A stretch of 64,000 nt of DNA, from IMG/VR virus record IMGVR_UViG_3300034108_002091. One strand, written 5' to 3'. Below, in pieces: positions 1-9,126 of this stretch. Under the pieces are notes generated by a model. The model searched no databases and had not been told where the DNA came from. It worked only from the letters and a program-made list of their open reading frames with translations. Numbering within the stretch: position 1 is the stretch's first letter; every line of letters begins with the position of its first letter. This DNA is from an uncultured virus (IMG/VR IMGVR_UViG_3300034108_002091). Lineage: Duplodnaviria > Heunggongvirae > Uroviricota > Caudoviricetes. Both the position numbers and the translations under genes were made by a program.

Positions 1-2
1 AT

Positions 3-1781
3 TACACCGGGTCAAGCGCACCGCAATACACCGACGGGATTAGCGCCCAAGTCCTGATTTACCAAAAGGGCCAGTACGGGCGAAGCACCGCCGACGGCGA
101 CGGGGCAACATCCCCAGCAACTAACCCGGCCCCAGCGACTTGTTTTCTAGCAATTTCAAGCGGTGCGCGTTTCGATTGGATCAGCGGGACAATTGATCAC
201 TGGGCCGACATGGTTTTTGACAGCGGCTCAACCGTGAACATTGGCTTTGAAGGGCAGCGAAACAAGCCGGTGACTGATAGCCGTCGCGGTTCAATGGTTA
301 TCTGGTTTAAGCCGGGAAGCTCGGTTTCAATTTTCGCTCATAGGGAAATTGGTGACCGCGGCATCAACGTCACCAACGTCAATAACACCGGTCGCGGTCC
401 TGCTTTTCAAATGTTGCAAGGCCCATCGGTATTCAAGGGCTTTGAGGGTTTCTGGATGCGTTGTGTCGTGGGCCTCGCGAATGGCACGGGTGTCGGCGGC
501 GCATTTACCATCGAAGACTACGCTGGCGCTTTGGGGAGTGAGCTTGACATTGCAAAAGCGGTCCCGTCAGGACAAACGCTGCTTGTCACTTTCAAAAACA
601 GCGCGGTCGGCACGACGATGGTTGTTGTTGATGCCTCCCTAGGAACCGTGCTGCTGTACGTCACGCAAAAGCTCACCGCTACGGTCAGAACGACTGGTGG
701 TGTGGCAATTCAGGACGCGGTGATTTGGACGATCAGCAATGCCGGCGTGCAAAGTCTCGGCGTTACAAATGCCAGCGGGCAAGCGGTGATCGACAACATC
801 GAGACGGGTTTTTCGCCTGACAATCAAGCGAGCGTCACTTTGCGGTTTGCAGCGGGCGACGTGGCGACATGGAACGTCCGGGCGTATCAGAGTCTGTCTG
901 CTGTTTATCAGGTCACTATGCGGGGCATTGGTGGCTCGAGGGTTGAGCCCGCGATGGTGAACGATTCTGCTGTTACACTAAGTAGGTCTTCGGCGGCTGC
1001 TCTTGCAAGTGTTTCTACGCTAGATAATTTTTATGATGCAGCGAAATTTTGGAACGTCCAGAGCGCGAATGTCAATTTTCCTACTGCATCCAGCCAAGTT
1101 GCGACAGCGGCGGGTACTACACTAGACTTAGGTGCGCTTAATGTTGTTGTCAATGCGATGGCAGTAAGTGCTTTTGCAGTCAACACTGGTACAAATACGG
1201 TTACGATAAAAAGCACAACACTTGCAGTCGGTACAAAGTTTTCTCTGCTCAAAACTACTGGCACTATTTCTTTTGCCAACGGTGCAGACGCTACTTGCAC
1301 ACTTCAAGGAATTATAATTAGAGAAACCACCGGGGTTTATTCACCAAAACTTGAAAGTGCTACGATGCGTTTCACTACCGCAGGGACTTACGATTTGCGC
1401 AACGCTATCATTAACGGAACACTGACGCTTACAAATACTAGCGGCGGTACTGTAACAGTACAGCTACAACCGAGCGTTACTTTTGTAAATAGTGGTCCAA
1501 ACATTACGGTGGATAATACTGTCAATGTAGCACTAACAATTACTAATGTTGTTTCAGGTTCAGATATTGTTGTTCTTCAAGCAGGTACAGAAACAGTTTT
1601 AAGTCAAGTAGACCAAAATATAGGAAGTAATTGGGTTTATAATTATCAAGTTCTTACTGTAGTAGATATTTTTGTGTCAAAAGCAGGGTATGTACCATTC
1701 TATATTAGAAATTACAGCTTACCATCAAATAATGCAAGTTTACCAATAGCACAAGTAATAGATAGAAACTATACAACGTAA
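3..1781 (+). CDS. Beta-rich fibre/virion accessory protein, 5'-truncated
   Basis: The frame is open from position 3 (no stop before the ATG at 210). Thr/Gly/Asn-rich beta-strand composition with a C-terminal Ig-like segment. Confidence 0.5.
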   Translation, partial: YTGSSAPQYTDGISAQVLIYQKGQYGRSTADGDGATSPATNPAPATCFLAISSGARFDWISGTIDHWADMVFDSGSTVNIGFEGQRNKPVTDSRRGSMVIWFKPGSSVSIFAHREIGDRGINVTNVNNTGRGPAFQMLQGPSVFKGFEGFWMRCVVGLANGTGVGGAFTIEDYAGALGSELDIAKAVPSGQTLLVTFKNSAVGTTMVVVDASLGTVLLYVTQKLTATVRTTGGVAIQDAVIWTISNAGVQSLGVTNASGQAVIDNIETGFSPDNQASVTLRFAAGDVATWNVRAYQSLSAVYQVTMRGIGGSRVEPAMVNDSAVTLSRSSAAALASVSTLDNFYDAAKFWNVQSANVNFPTASSQVATAAGTTLDLGALNVVVNAMAVSAFAVNTGTNTVTIKSTTLAVGTKFSLLKTTGTISFANGADATCTLQGIIIRETTGVYSPKLESATMRFTTAGTYDLRNAIINGTLTLTNTSGGTVTVQLQPSVTFVNSGPNITVDNTVNVALTITNVVSGSDIVVLQAGTETVLSQVDQNIGSNWVYNYQVLTVVDIFVSKAGYVPFYIRNYSLPSNNASLPIAQVIDRNYTT

Positions 1782-1785
1782 CATT

Positions 1786-1968
1786 ATGGAAGCAAAAATT
1801 CTTGAAACAACCGATGGTAAATTTATAGGAAACGAGGTTGAAATAAACTTAAATACACTGTCTTTACCTAATGGAGATGTTATGGAAATAACTGGAAAGT
1901 TAGATTTAGGCAATGGAGAACATAAAATTTGGAACTCTAATTATATAATAACAGTAAAAGAAATATAA
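1786..1968 (+). CDS. Small hypothetical protein
   Basis: 60-aa ORF tightly packed between its neighbours with an A-rich start context. Confidence 0.6.
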   Translation: MEAKILETTDGKFIGNEVEINLNTLSLPNGDVMEITGKLDLGNGEHKIWNSNYIITVKEI

Positions 1969-1969
1969 A

Positions 1970-3322
1970 ATGCCAAAAATAACAAGTCCTTCCCAACTAA
2001 ATGTTGGAGTAGAATTAACAATAAACACAACAGCCAATACATTTACGTTAAATGTTGCTGGTAACTATGTAGCAAAAGATGGGGTAACGCTACAAGCTTT
2101 ATACTCAAAATTTGTACAACTTTGGGAAACCACAACTTATAACAAATTTGAATTTCCAATGTACACAATAGATGCATTGTCTGGACAGTTTCAATTTGGA
2201 ACTGATGGGCAAACATTTAGTGGATGGAAACCCTCTAATGACGCAACTCGTCAAGGTTTAAGAGATGGAGGCTGGTCTGAGTTTTCAGCAGCAGGAGTAT
2301 TAGAAAGACAATATGTAGGTATTGTGTCTTTGGGAGATGTAAATACAGGAGCACAGTTGTATTATCAAAAAACCAACGGAGGCACTTCAGCTAATTTTAC
2401 TTTTACAGATGAAGTAAATGAAGGCATTCAAATTTTTGGAGATGCAAGTAATGGAAATTTTGACAGTAGAACTTATTTTAAAGGCTATGTTAGAGAGCAA
2501 GGAAAGAAATATAAAGACTCTATATTAGCAGATACGGGTAAAACTAGCACCGGGGCAAATATTGTTAACTTACTTTTGTCAAATGAAGACGATTTAAAAA
2601 TACAAGATTCTGATGTAAACGTAGCTGCTAACGCGCCTTATACAAGTATTAATGTAACTTATTACGCAACAGACCAAAACCGAACAATTGGAGGTGTTAG
2701 TTATCCTTTTAGAACTATAATTAATGGGGCAAATGCAACAGCAGAACAGATATATACTAAAATTCAATACTTATTAAGACAAGCTACAGATATTGACTCA
2801 GGAGCAGGTACAGTTACAGGTAAAACTGCAAGTTTGTTATTGAATTTCGTAGGAGACACGTTAATTACTACCGCAGGAGTTTACATTGATAACTATAACG
2901 CTAACGATATCAATAGGCTTGTTTTTACAGATAAAAACGGAGTTACAAGAACTGAACCGTTTACAGCCACAGGAACATTAAACTTTAACTCGTTTCTTAC
3001 AGCGGGTTCTACAGGGTATTATAGAATGTATTTTACAGATTTATCAGGGGCTCAAGATTATGGATTAGCAGGAGCAATAACTGTAAATAACGCAGCTGGT
3101 GTAGGAATATTCGGTACAATAACTAGTAGCTCTATTCCTTTTACTTTTGCCTATGATGCTAACGTTCAGGGAGGACGTACTGCAGGAACGGATGCGGCGA
3201 TTACAGTTGTGGCTGGAAACAAAGGAAGTGCAAAACCAGTGGTAACTACATACATTATTACAAGAACAACTGGTCAAGGTATTTCACTTGTGGCAGAAAA
3301 CGACAGAGCCTACGTAACATAA
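1970..3322 (+). CDS. Hypothetical virion accessory protein (450 aa)
   Basis: Long ORF, beta-rich and Thr/Gly/Asn-rich. Its C-terminus (ENDRAYVT) resembles that of the upstream gene (IDRNYTT). Confidence 0.6.
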   Translation: MPKITSPSQLNVGVELTINTTANTFTLNVAGNYVAKDGVTLQALYSKFVQLWETTTYNKFEFPMYTIDALSGQFQFGTDGQTFSGWKPSNDATRQGLRDGGWSEFSAAGVLERQYVGIVSLGDVNTGAQLYYQKTNGGTSANFTFTDEVNEGIQIFGDASNGNFDSRTYFKGYVREQGKKYKDSILADTGKTSTGANIVNLLLSNEDDLKIQDSDVNVAANAPYTSINVTYYATDQNRTIGGVSYPFRTIINGANATAEQIYTKIQYLLRQATDIDSGAGTVTGKTASLLLNFVGDTLITTAGVYIDNYNANDINRLVFTDKNGVTRTEPFTATGTLNFNSFLTAGSTGYYRMYFTDLSGAQDYGLAGAITVNNAAGVGIFGTITSSSIPFTFAYDANVQGGRTAGTDAAITVVAGNKGSAKPVVTTYIITRTTGQGISLVAENDRAYVT

Positions 3323-3332
3323 ATAAAACCTT

Positions 3333-3803
3333 ATGGGGTACATTTTTAATGGAATATCAAAAACAATTACACTCACAACAGGTACAACATCTGTATCTGT
3401 TCGTGATTTATGGTCTCGTTGGGTAGATTGGTTTTTAACTGATGATAACAGTAAATTCTTACCTGCTTTTAAAAATGTAGGAGGTGATGATATTGATCTC
3501 ACTCAAGGAACAAAAATTCCAATTTATTCATTTTTAGAAAATGGTTGGAAAATTAAGCCACAAGAAGCAAATCATACTTTAGTAATTAATGACGGCATAC
3601 TATTAGTTAACGGAGGTGGAGATCCGTTTATCAATACAATAGGTTCGTTCGTGGTCAGGATCAACTATCAACAGCCAGTACAAGCCATTATTTTTAGCAG
3701 TAGCGGCGGCTCGGGCGGCCCGGCTGCATCAGAAGTGGCAGATGAAGTATGGAATCATTCAAAAGGAAATGTGGTATTTGCCTCAGCAGTTAGTAACTTG
3801 TAG
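3333..3803 (+). CDS. Hypothetical protein, partly similar to the N-terminus of the 1970..3322 product
   Basis: 'KTITL..SVRDLWSRWVDW' parallels 'NTFTL..TLQALYSKFVQLW'. Ends with an 'EVADEVW' motif. Confidence 0.6.
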   Translation: MGYIFNGISKTITLTTGTTSVSVRDLWSRWVDWFLTDDNSKFLPAFKNVGGDDIDLTQGTKIPIYSFLENGWKIKPQEANHTLVINDGILLVNGGGDPFINTIGSFVVRINYQQPVQAIIFSSSGGSGGPAASEVADEVWNHSKGNVVFASAVSNL

Positions 3804-3848
3804 ATTAGTTTTTTGACTAATGTTTATTATTTTTGAAAAAACCAATAT

Positions 3849-4205
3849 ATGGCACAGATCATCAAACTTGAAAAATCAATCAGTTCAAAACTTGACCAGG
3901 CTAAATGCCTGTTGAAAGTATACTGTGCCTTTATGGATATTAAACTATCCAAATCCGAAGAAGATGTTATGTGCTTTTTTATGATCTATGGCATCAACAA
4001 AAAGACAAAGGACATGATCATTGATAGTCATATTCTTAAAGGACAGAATTCAGTAGCCAATTCCATTACCGAACTGAGCAAAAAGAAGCTCTTGGTAAAA
4101 GCGGCAGAGAAAGACAGTGAGCAAAATTCATTTTTGATCATTCCTTCGCTGAGGGTAAAATTTGAAGGTATGCTCGGACTGATGATTAAAATAGAGAGAA
4201 TTTGA
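3849..4205 (+). CDS. Hypothetical protein, possibly winged-helix
   Basis: 118 aa. 'NSVANSITELSKKKLLVK' resembles a wHTH recognition helix. Preceded by TATTTTTG. Confidence 0.5.
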   Translation: MAQIIKLEKSISSKLDQAKCLLKVYCAFMDIKLSKSEEDVMCFFMIYGINKKTKDMIIDSHILKGQNSVANSITELSKKKLLVKAAEKDSEQNSFLIIPSLRVKFEGMLGLMIKIERI

Positions 4206-4621
4206 AAACACTGAAGCAGATATCGAAACAATCGGCCAATCCTTTCCGAACCAATCAGATCGGTGAGTTTCTGTTTCGTCAACTGCGTAAAGAGTTATCA
4301 TCTCTTCATCATGAATCTATCTATGTCCCGCATATAGGAACATTTGCGATATCAGAAACCAAGCTTCGGAAAAATATTATCGGTATGGTGCATACCATTC
4401 GTAAATATGAAGCCAGAAGTAGCGACAAATATGTTGCTATTCTCAGGGAATCCCTGCGAAAGCAGCTGATCCTGAAAAATAAACTAGCAATCCAATCCTA
4501 TGAGCAACGTGCTAAACAGCGTGAAAAGTATCGCAAGAGCGCTTCTTTACAAACTGAAGTATCAGTTTGTTCTGGATCCAATGGTAATCCAGGAATTGAA
4601 GAAACGCCAGACAGCATGTGA
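4202..4621 (+). CDS. HU/IHF-like DNA-binding protein
   Basis: 'ESIYVPHIGTFAI' matches the HU/IHF 'V.l..fGtF.v' strand. The protein is basic and lies near the terminase, as in crAss-like phages. Confidence 0.6.
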   Translation: MKTLKQISKQSANPFRTNQIGEFLFRQLRKELSSLHHESIYVPHIGTFAISETKLRKNIIGMVHTIRKYEARSSDKYVAILRESLRKQLILKNKLAIQSYEQRAKQREKYRKSASLQTEVSVCSGSNGNPGIEETPDSM

Positions 4622-4826
4622 TGAATGTGTATTTAATTCAAATCATGCTCCTCATGCCGTCTACAGATTAGACAAACATTGTGTAATCTGCTCGTGCAAC
4701 ATAGGGTTGAAAAAATATGACCTCGATGGTCATTGTGCTATAAAAGATTACAACAAGCAAACTAAGTTCCCGCTAAGATTAAAGTGGGATGCTTATAAAT
4801 CCAACCCTGATGACGAAAAACAATAA
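4500..4826 (+). CDS. Cys-rich Zn-finger protein
   Basis: CDEC, CVICSC, a further Cys and a KW motif. Overlaps the previous ORF by 122 nt. Confidence 0.65.
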   Translation: MSNVLNSVKSIARALLYKLKYQFVLDPMVIQELKKRQTACDECVFNSNHAPHAVYRLDKHCVICSCNIGLKKYDLDGHCAIKDYNKQTKFPLRLKWDAYKSNPDDEKQ

Positions 4827-5037
4827 CCCCAAGACGACTGCACAGATCTTTCGGATTCTGGCCGATGCAGTAACACTTTATCCCAAGTACACCATATCCC
4901 AGCATCTGGTTTGCATACTGCGTTCCCGCAATGAAGGGATCCGCAAACCCTATGATTGGACAGATGAAGAATTACTGCGAAGGGTAGAAAAGTATTTTGA
5001 AGAATTAGAAACCGATCAAACTGAAGACGATGCATAA
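4810..5037 (+). CDS. Hypothetical protein
   Basis: Overlap-coupled ORF with the motif 'DWTDEELLRRVEKY'. Start at 4810 or 4789. Confidence 0.55.
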   Translation: MTKNNNPKTTAQIFRILADAVTLYPKYTISQHLVCILRSRNEGIRKPYDWTDEELLRRVEKYFEELETDQTEDDA

Positions 5038-5710
5038 GCTGGATAAATCAATAAAGATCAATACCACAGATCCTACGCTTTTGCATTATCTGCATTTGTT
5101 TGATGTAGATATCAAATCCAATCACATTTATCTGATGGGTGTAGACAGAGGGTACGATATTAGCGGCATAGCGGAACCTGGTGTTGAGCATGTGATGGCC
5201 TCTCGTTTTATCAAAAACATCAATTTATGTATGCGGGTAAATCCCAGCATGCCAATATTGATTCATCTTAAAAGCTGTGGAGGCTACTGGGAAGAAGGGA
5301 TGGCCATATACGATGCTATCAAATCCTGTCCGTCTAAAGTGATTATTCTGAACTATACCCACGCGCGTTCTATGACCTCTCTTATTTTTCAGGCGGCAGA
5401 TAAACGGGTAATGATGCCTCATTCAACGTTTATGTTCCACGAGGGTTCATATGCTGTTGAAGGAACAATGAAGCAAGCTATTTCGGCCATCGAGTTTGAC
5501 AAGCTGGCCATGAAAGAAATGCTCAACATATATGCGGAGCGAATGGTAGAAAAAGGAGAATGGAAAGATAAAAGCATTTCAAAAATCAAAGCCTGGCTAA
5601 AAGCAGAAATGAACCGGAGAGAGGAAGTATATCTCACCGCCGAACGAACTATTGAACTTGGCCTGGCTGATGAAATATTCAATTACGATTGGCATCGACT
5701 GATGCAATAA
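5030..5710 (+). CDS. clpP: ClpP-family serine protease
   Basis: 'IHLKSCGG..EGMAIYDAIK', catalytic Ser in 'ARSM', His in 'FMFHE', and C-terminal 'YLTAE..ELGLADEI'. Confidence 0.85.
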   Translation: MHKLDKSIKINTTDPTLLHYLHLFDVDIKSNHIYLMGVDRGYDISGIAEPGVEHVMASRFIKNINLCMRVNPSMPILIHLKSCGGYWEEGMAIYDAIKSCPSKVIILNYTHARSMTSLIFQAADKRVMMPHSTFMFHEGSYAVEGTMKQAISAIEFDKLAMKEMLNIYAERMVEKGEWKDKSISKIKAWLKAEMNRREEVYLTAERTIELGLADEIFNYDWHRLMQ

Positions 5711-5720
5711 TCCTATTCCT

Positions 5721-5999
5721 ATGGCAAAATCAAAGAAAAACTATATCGGTCTTGAACTGGAGCGATATGCCGAAAAAATTAAAGAGTTCCAGGATTACCT
5801 TGAAATGAATCCTGTCGCTTTATTGCAAGATCCCAAAACCCGTATTACCGAAATCACCATGCAGATCAACATGATGGAACGGCTGGGTAATATGCTTGCC
5901 AACCTTAACACATTAAAAGAAGGCAAGGCTGAAGAAGAAAAACGACTTCGCGGCGGTGTTGAAAAGAATATGCTTTGGGATGAAGCTGATGAATCATGA
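5721..5999 (+). CDS. Small helical protein upstream of terminase (possible small terminase)
   Basis: 92 aa, helical, ATGA overlap with terL. Function inferred from position only. Confidence 0.5.
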   Translation: MAKSKKNYIGLELERYAEKIKEFQDYLEMNPVALLQDPKTRITEITMQINMMERLGNMLANLNTLKEGKAEEEKRLRGGVEKNMLWDEADES

Positions 6000-8900
6000 A
6001 CCTGAATTCCGCCGAATTACTTCGGAACATCAAGCATCGGCCTCCCAAAAATAGCAGCGACTACATCCCCTTCTGGCAAGAAGAGAAAAAGAAGTGTATC
6101 CATGGAGTGAACATCAACGGCTTTCATCTGTCGGGGTGGCTGTACTGGCATACCAACTTGTGGACGATCATGGTCGATTATGAAGACCCTGTATTCGGTC
6201 CGATTAAAAAAGAACTTGTTGCAGACCTGCGGGATGATGATTTTAAGTTTGATGATGTAAGCACGCAGGCGATGAAGCTTCGCAAAGGGGTTACTGTTTT
6301 AGGTCGAAGAAACATTGGTAAAGCTTTACGGAATGATAGTACGGTATATACACCTGAAGGATCCCTACAGATCGGAAGTCTATCTCCTGGTCAACAGATA
6401 TACGATGAAACGGGTAACCTTACTACTGTAACTCATGTATTCCCCCAAGGAGAGCTGGATATCTACCAAATCACTTTGGCAGACGGGCGAAAACTTTACT
6501 GCTGCGAAAACCACGTATGGCAGCTGGAAAAAAGAACAGGAGGTAAATACCAAAAACTTACGCTGAAACTCAAAGAGTTCAAAGACAGCTACCTTTCTGA
6601 TAAAAAATCTGGGTATCCTGAGTCTAGGTATTTCATTCCCAACGCAGCGGCTGTCAATTACGGGCAAAAATCGCTTTTGATAGATCCTTATTTTTTGGGA
6701 TTGTGGCTGGGTGACGGTAACAGCAAACTTGCATGCATTACGTCAATGGATCAGGAAATTGTCGATTACGTGTATGCCTTTGCCAGAAAGCATAAGAAAA
6801 AAGTCAATATTAATGTAAACTCGACCAAGACATGCCCTACCTACTTATTGACTGACGGTAAAGAAGGATTGTCCAAGCAATACAATAGTGTAAAGCGCGA
6901 CCTTGCCGCTATCGGTGTATTGAACAATAAACACATTCCTGATATTTACAAATACAGTTCCTACGAACAGCGCTTTGCATTGCTTCAGGGGATCATGGAT
7001 ACTGATGGGAGTTTTGGCCCTACAGGAATTGAGCTCACCCTTTCTGATAAGCGGCTCGCATATGACTGTGTGGATCTTATTCGTTCGCTGGGTATCACTT
7101 GTTCCATTAAGCCTTCCTCTTCAGGGTATACAAAAAACAATGTACGAGTTGCTTGTAAGCCGCGATACAGAATACAGATCTATACCGACAAGCCTATTTG
7201 TAGGCTGCGTAGGAAACTGGACAAGATCCCCAAACAGAAAAAGACATCAAAATTCCATCGTACAGCAATCAAGGATATTTCCTATTGGGGAAAAGCCCCG
7301 GCTACCTGTATCATGGTGAATAATGACAGCAAACTATTTCTGACTTCTGACTATACCGTTACCCATAATTCATACTGGCTGGCATCAAAAGCAGGGTATG
7401 CCATGACCTTTATTAAAGGCTCGGAAAACATTGCCAGTGCAGGTAATGAAGCGGATCTTAAAAGGCTCACCACCAAAGTAGACCTCGGGCTTCGTAAAGT
7501 TCCGGAAGCTTTTTACTTTGATCGTAACCTTGACGACTGGTCAAAATATGTAGAGCTTGGTCATAAAGACCGATCGGGAAAACGCGAACCTTGGTCAAGT
7601 CTTCAGATCATCAATCTGCGGGACGGTACGAATACAGAAGGTTTTGCCGGTTCCCGTTTGAAAGTATTGATCATTGACGAGATCGGTAAGTTCCCGGTCA
7701 TGCGGGCGTACCTGGCAGCAAAGGCCTCGTTCAACACTGCATTTGGTTGGATGTGTGTTCCGTACCTGATGGGTACCGGTGGTGACTTTACAAATGGTAC
7801 TGAGGCATGGCAGATTTTCTCCAACCCCGAGGCTTACAATATGATGACCTTTGAGGAAGAAGAATCGGGTAAAGTATTTGGTCTGTACTTTGGCGGGGAA
7901 GGCCGGGCAGAAACCAAAATCAAAACAACCGTTGCTGATCATTTTAAACTTTCCCCTGGTGGAATCTGGACCAACGTTGCTTACTATGAATCCGATCCTG
8001 TTGCCGGTAGAGAATACTGTTTGAAGGAAAGGGATATGGCCGCAAAATCGACAGAGGACGATGCGCTGCTGAAGGAAATGATGTACTATCCTCTTGTGAA
8101 GGAAGAAATTTTACTGCAGGCCAACCAGAACGACTATCCTATTGCAGCCCTTCGCGGTCACTATAATTACCTCATCGCCAACCCTGTAGGGGTCGCTATC
8201 CGCCCGGAAAGAAAGATGGACGGATCAGTAGGGTACAAAATGGCTGAAGCGCATGATCGCCCGATCACGGAATGGCCGGTAAAGAAAACTACGAATAAGA
8301 ATGTCCCGGCGATGATGTACGAACCGCCGATGGATCTGAAAGAAAACCAGCTGTACGTCGCTGGTTCTGACCCGTACAACCAATCATCCAGTATTTATTC
8401 ATCATCATTGGGTACACTGTATATCTACAAGCGTACCTACGATTTGCTGAACGGTACTTTCCAGGATCAGATGGTGCTTTCTTATGCCGCGCGTCCGGAA
8501 AAAATCGATATGTGGCATGAGTATGTAGAGATGTTCATGGAAATGTACAATGCGGTGTGTATGCCGGAAAACGAAGCCGGTACATTCATTCAGTACTTTG
8601 ACAGCCGAATGAAAAGCTACATGCTGGCCGATGGTATGGACTATCTGAAAGAGATCCATCCGGACACAAAAATCCAGAACAGGAACAAAGGTCTGCCCGC
8701 AACCAACCCTGTTATTTCCTACGGTATGAGTTTGTTTAAGCGGTACTTGGTGGAAGATGTTCAGATAGGTACTGATCCGGCAACTAAGAATCCGGTTATG
8801 GCCCTTGGTCTTATCCGTATCCATGACCCAATGCTGATACTTGAGGCTATCAACTACACCAGCGATCCGAAAATGAAGGGTAAGTTTGACCGCATCGTGG

Positions 8901-9076
8901 GATGGCGCCACGCGCTGATGTATGCCGAATCGCTGAAAAAGTTCAGCCCGATTGCTGAACAGAAACCACCGGAAGAAGAAGTTGAACTCATTCGTTCTGT
9001 TGGACCGTTCACTATGGGCAGCCGTTCATCAATTTCAGGTAGTCCTTTCATGGGCATTAACCGAAACTCATTATAA
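5996..9076 (+). CDS. terL: Terminase large subunit (intein-containing)
   Basis: Walker A GRRNIGK|S split by the intein, Walker B 'LIIDEIGK', coupling motif 'GTGG', RNase-H-like nuclease 'VAGSDPY...FDR'. Confidence 0.93.
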   Translation: MNLNSAELLRNIKHRPPKNSSDYIPFWQEEKKKCIHGVNINGFHLSGWLYWHTNLWTIMVDYEDPVFGPIKKELVADLRDDDFKFDDVSTQAMKLRKGVTVLGRRNIGKALRNDSTVYTPEGSLQIGSLSPGQQIYDETGNLTTVTHVFPQGELDIYQITLADGRKLYCCENHVWQLEKRTGGKYQKLTLKLKEFKDSYLSDKKSGYPESRYFIPNAAAVNYGQKSLLIDPYFLGLWLGDGNSKLACITSMDQEIVDYVYAFARKHKKKVNINVNSTKTCPTYLLTDGKEGLSKQYNSVKRDLAAIGVLNNKHIPDIYKYSSYEQRFALLQGIMDTDGSFGPTGIELTLSDKRLAYDCVDLIRSLGITCSIKPSSSGYTKNNVRVACKPRYRIQIYTDKPICRLRRKLDKIPKQKKTSKFHRTAIKDISYWGKAPATCIMVNNDSKLFLTSDYTVTHNSYWLASKAGYAMTFIKGSENIASAGNEADLKRLTTKVDLGLRKVPEAFYFDRNLDDWSKYVELGHKDRSGKREPWSSLQIINLRDGTNTEGFAGSRLKVLIIDEIGKFPVMRAYLAAKASFNTAFGWMCVPYLMGTGGDFTNGTEAWQIFSNPEAYNMMTFEEEESGKVFGLYFGGEGRAETKIKTTVADHFKLSPGGIWTNVAYYESDPVAGREYCLKERDMAAKSTEDDALLKEMMYYPLVKEEILLQANQNDYPIAALRGHYNYLIANPVGVAIRPERKMDGSVGYKMAEAHDRPITEWPVKKTTNKNVPAMMYEPPMDLKENQLYVAGSDPYNQSSSIYSSSLGTLYIYKRTYDLLNGTFQDQMVLSYAARPEKIDMWHEYVEMFMEMYNAVCMPENEAGTFIQYFDSRMKSYMLADGMDYLKEIHPDTKIQNRNKGLPATNPVISYGMSLFKRYLVEDVQIGTDPATKNPVMALGLIRIHDPMLILEAINYTSDPKMKGKFDRIVGWRHALMYAESLKKFSPIAEQKPPEEEVELIRSVGPFTMGSRSSISGSPFMGINRNSL
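6323..7369 (+). mobile_element. Intein (349 aa) with LAGLIDADG homing endonuclease, Ala1, class 3 type
   Basis: Starts ALRNDSTVYTP. Block B 'CCENHVW', LAGLIDADG motifs 'LGLWLGDG' and 'LQGIMDTDG', block F 'ATCIMV', ends 'TVTHN' followed by Ser+1. Confidence 0.92.
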
Positions 9077-9126
9077 ATATTACCCAATTTCATTATATTC
9101 CTAAGTTTGCTTAAAATCCAGTACTC

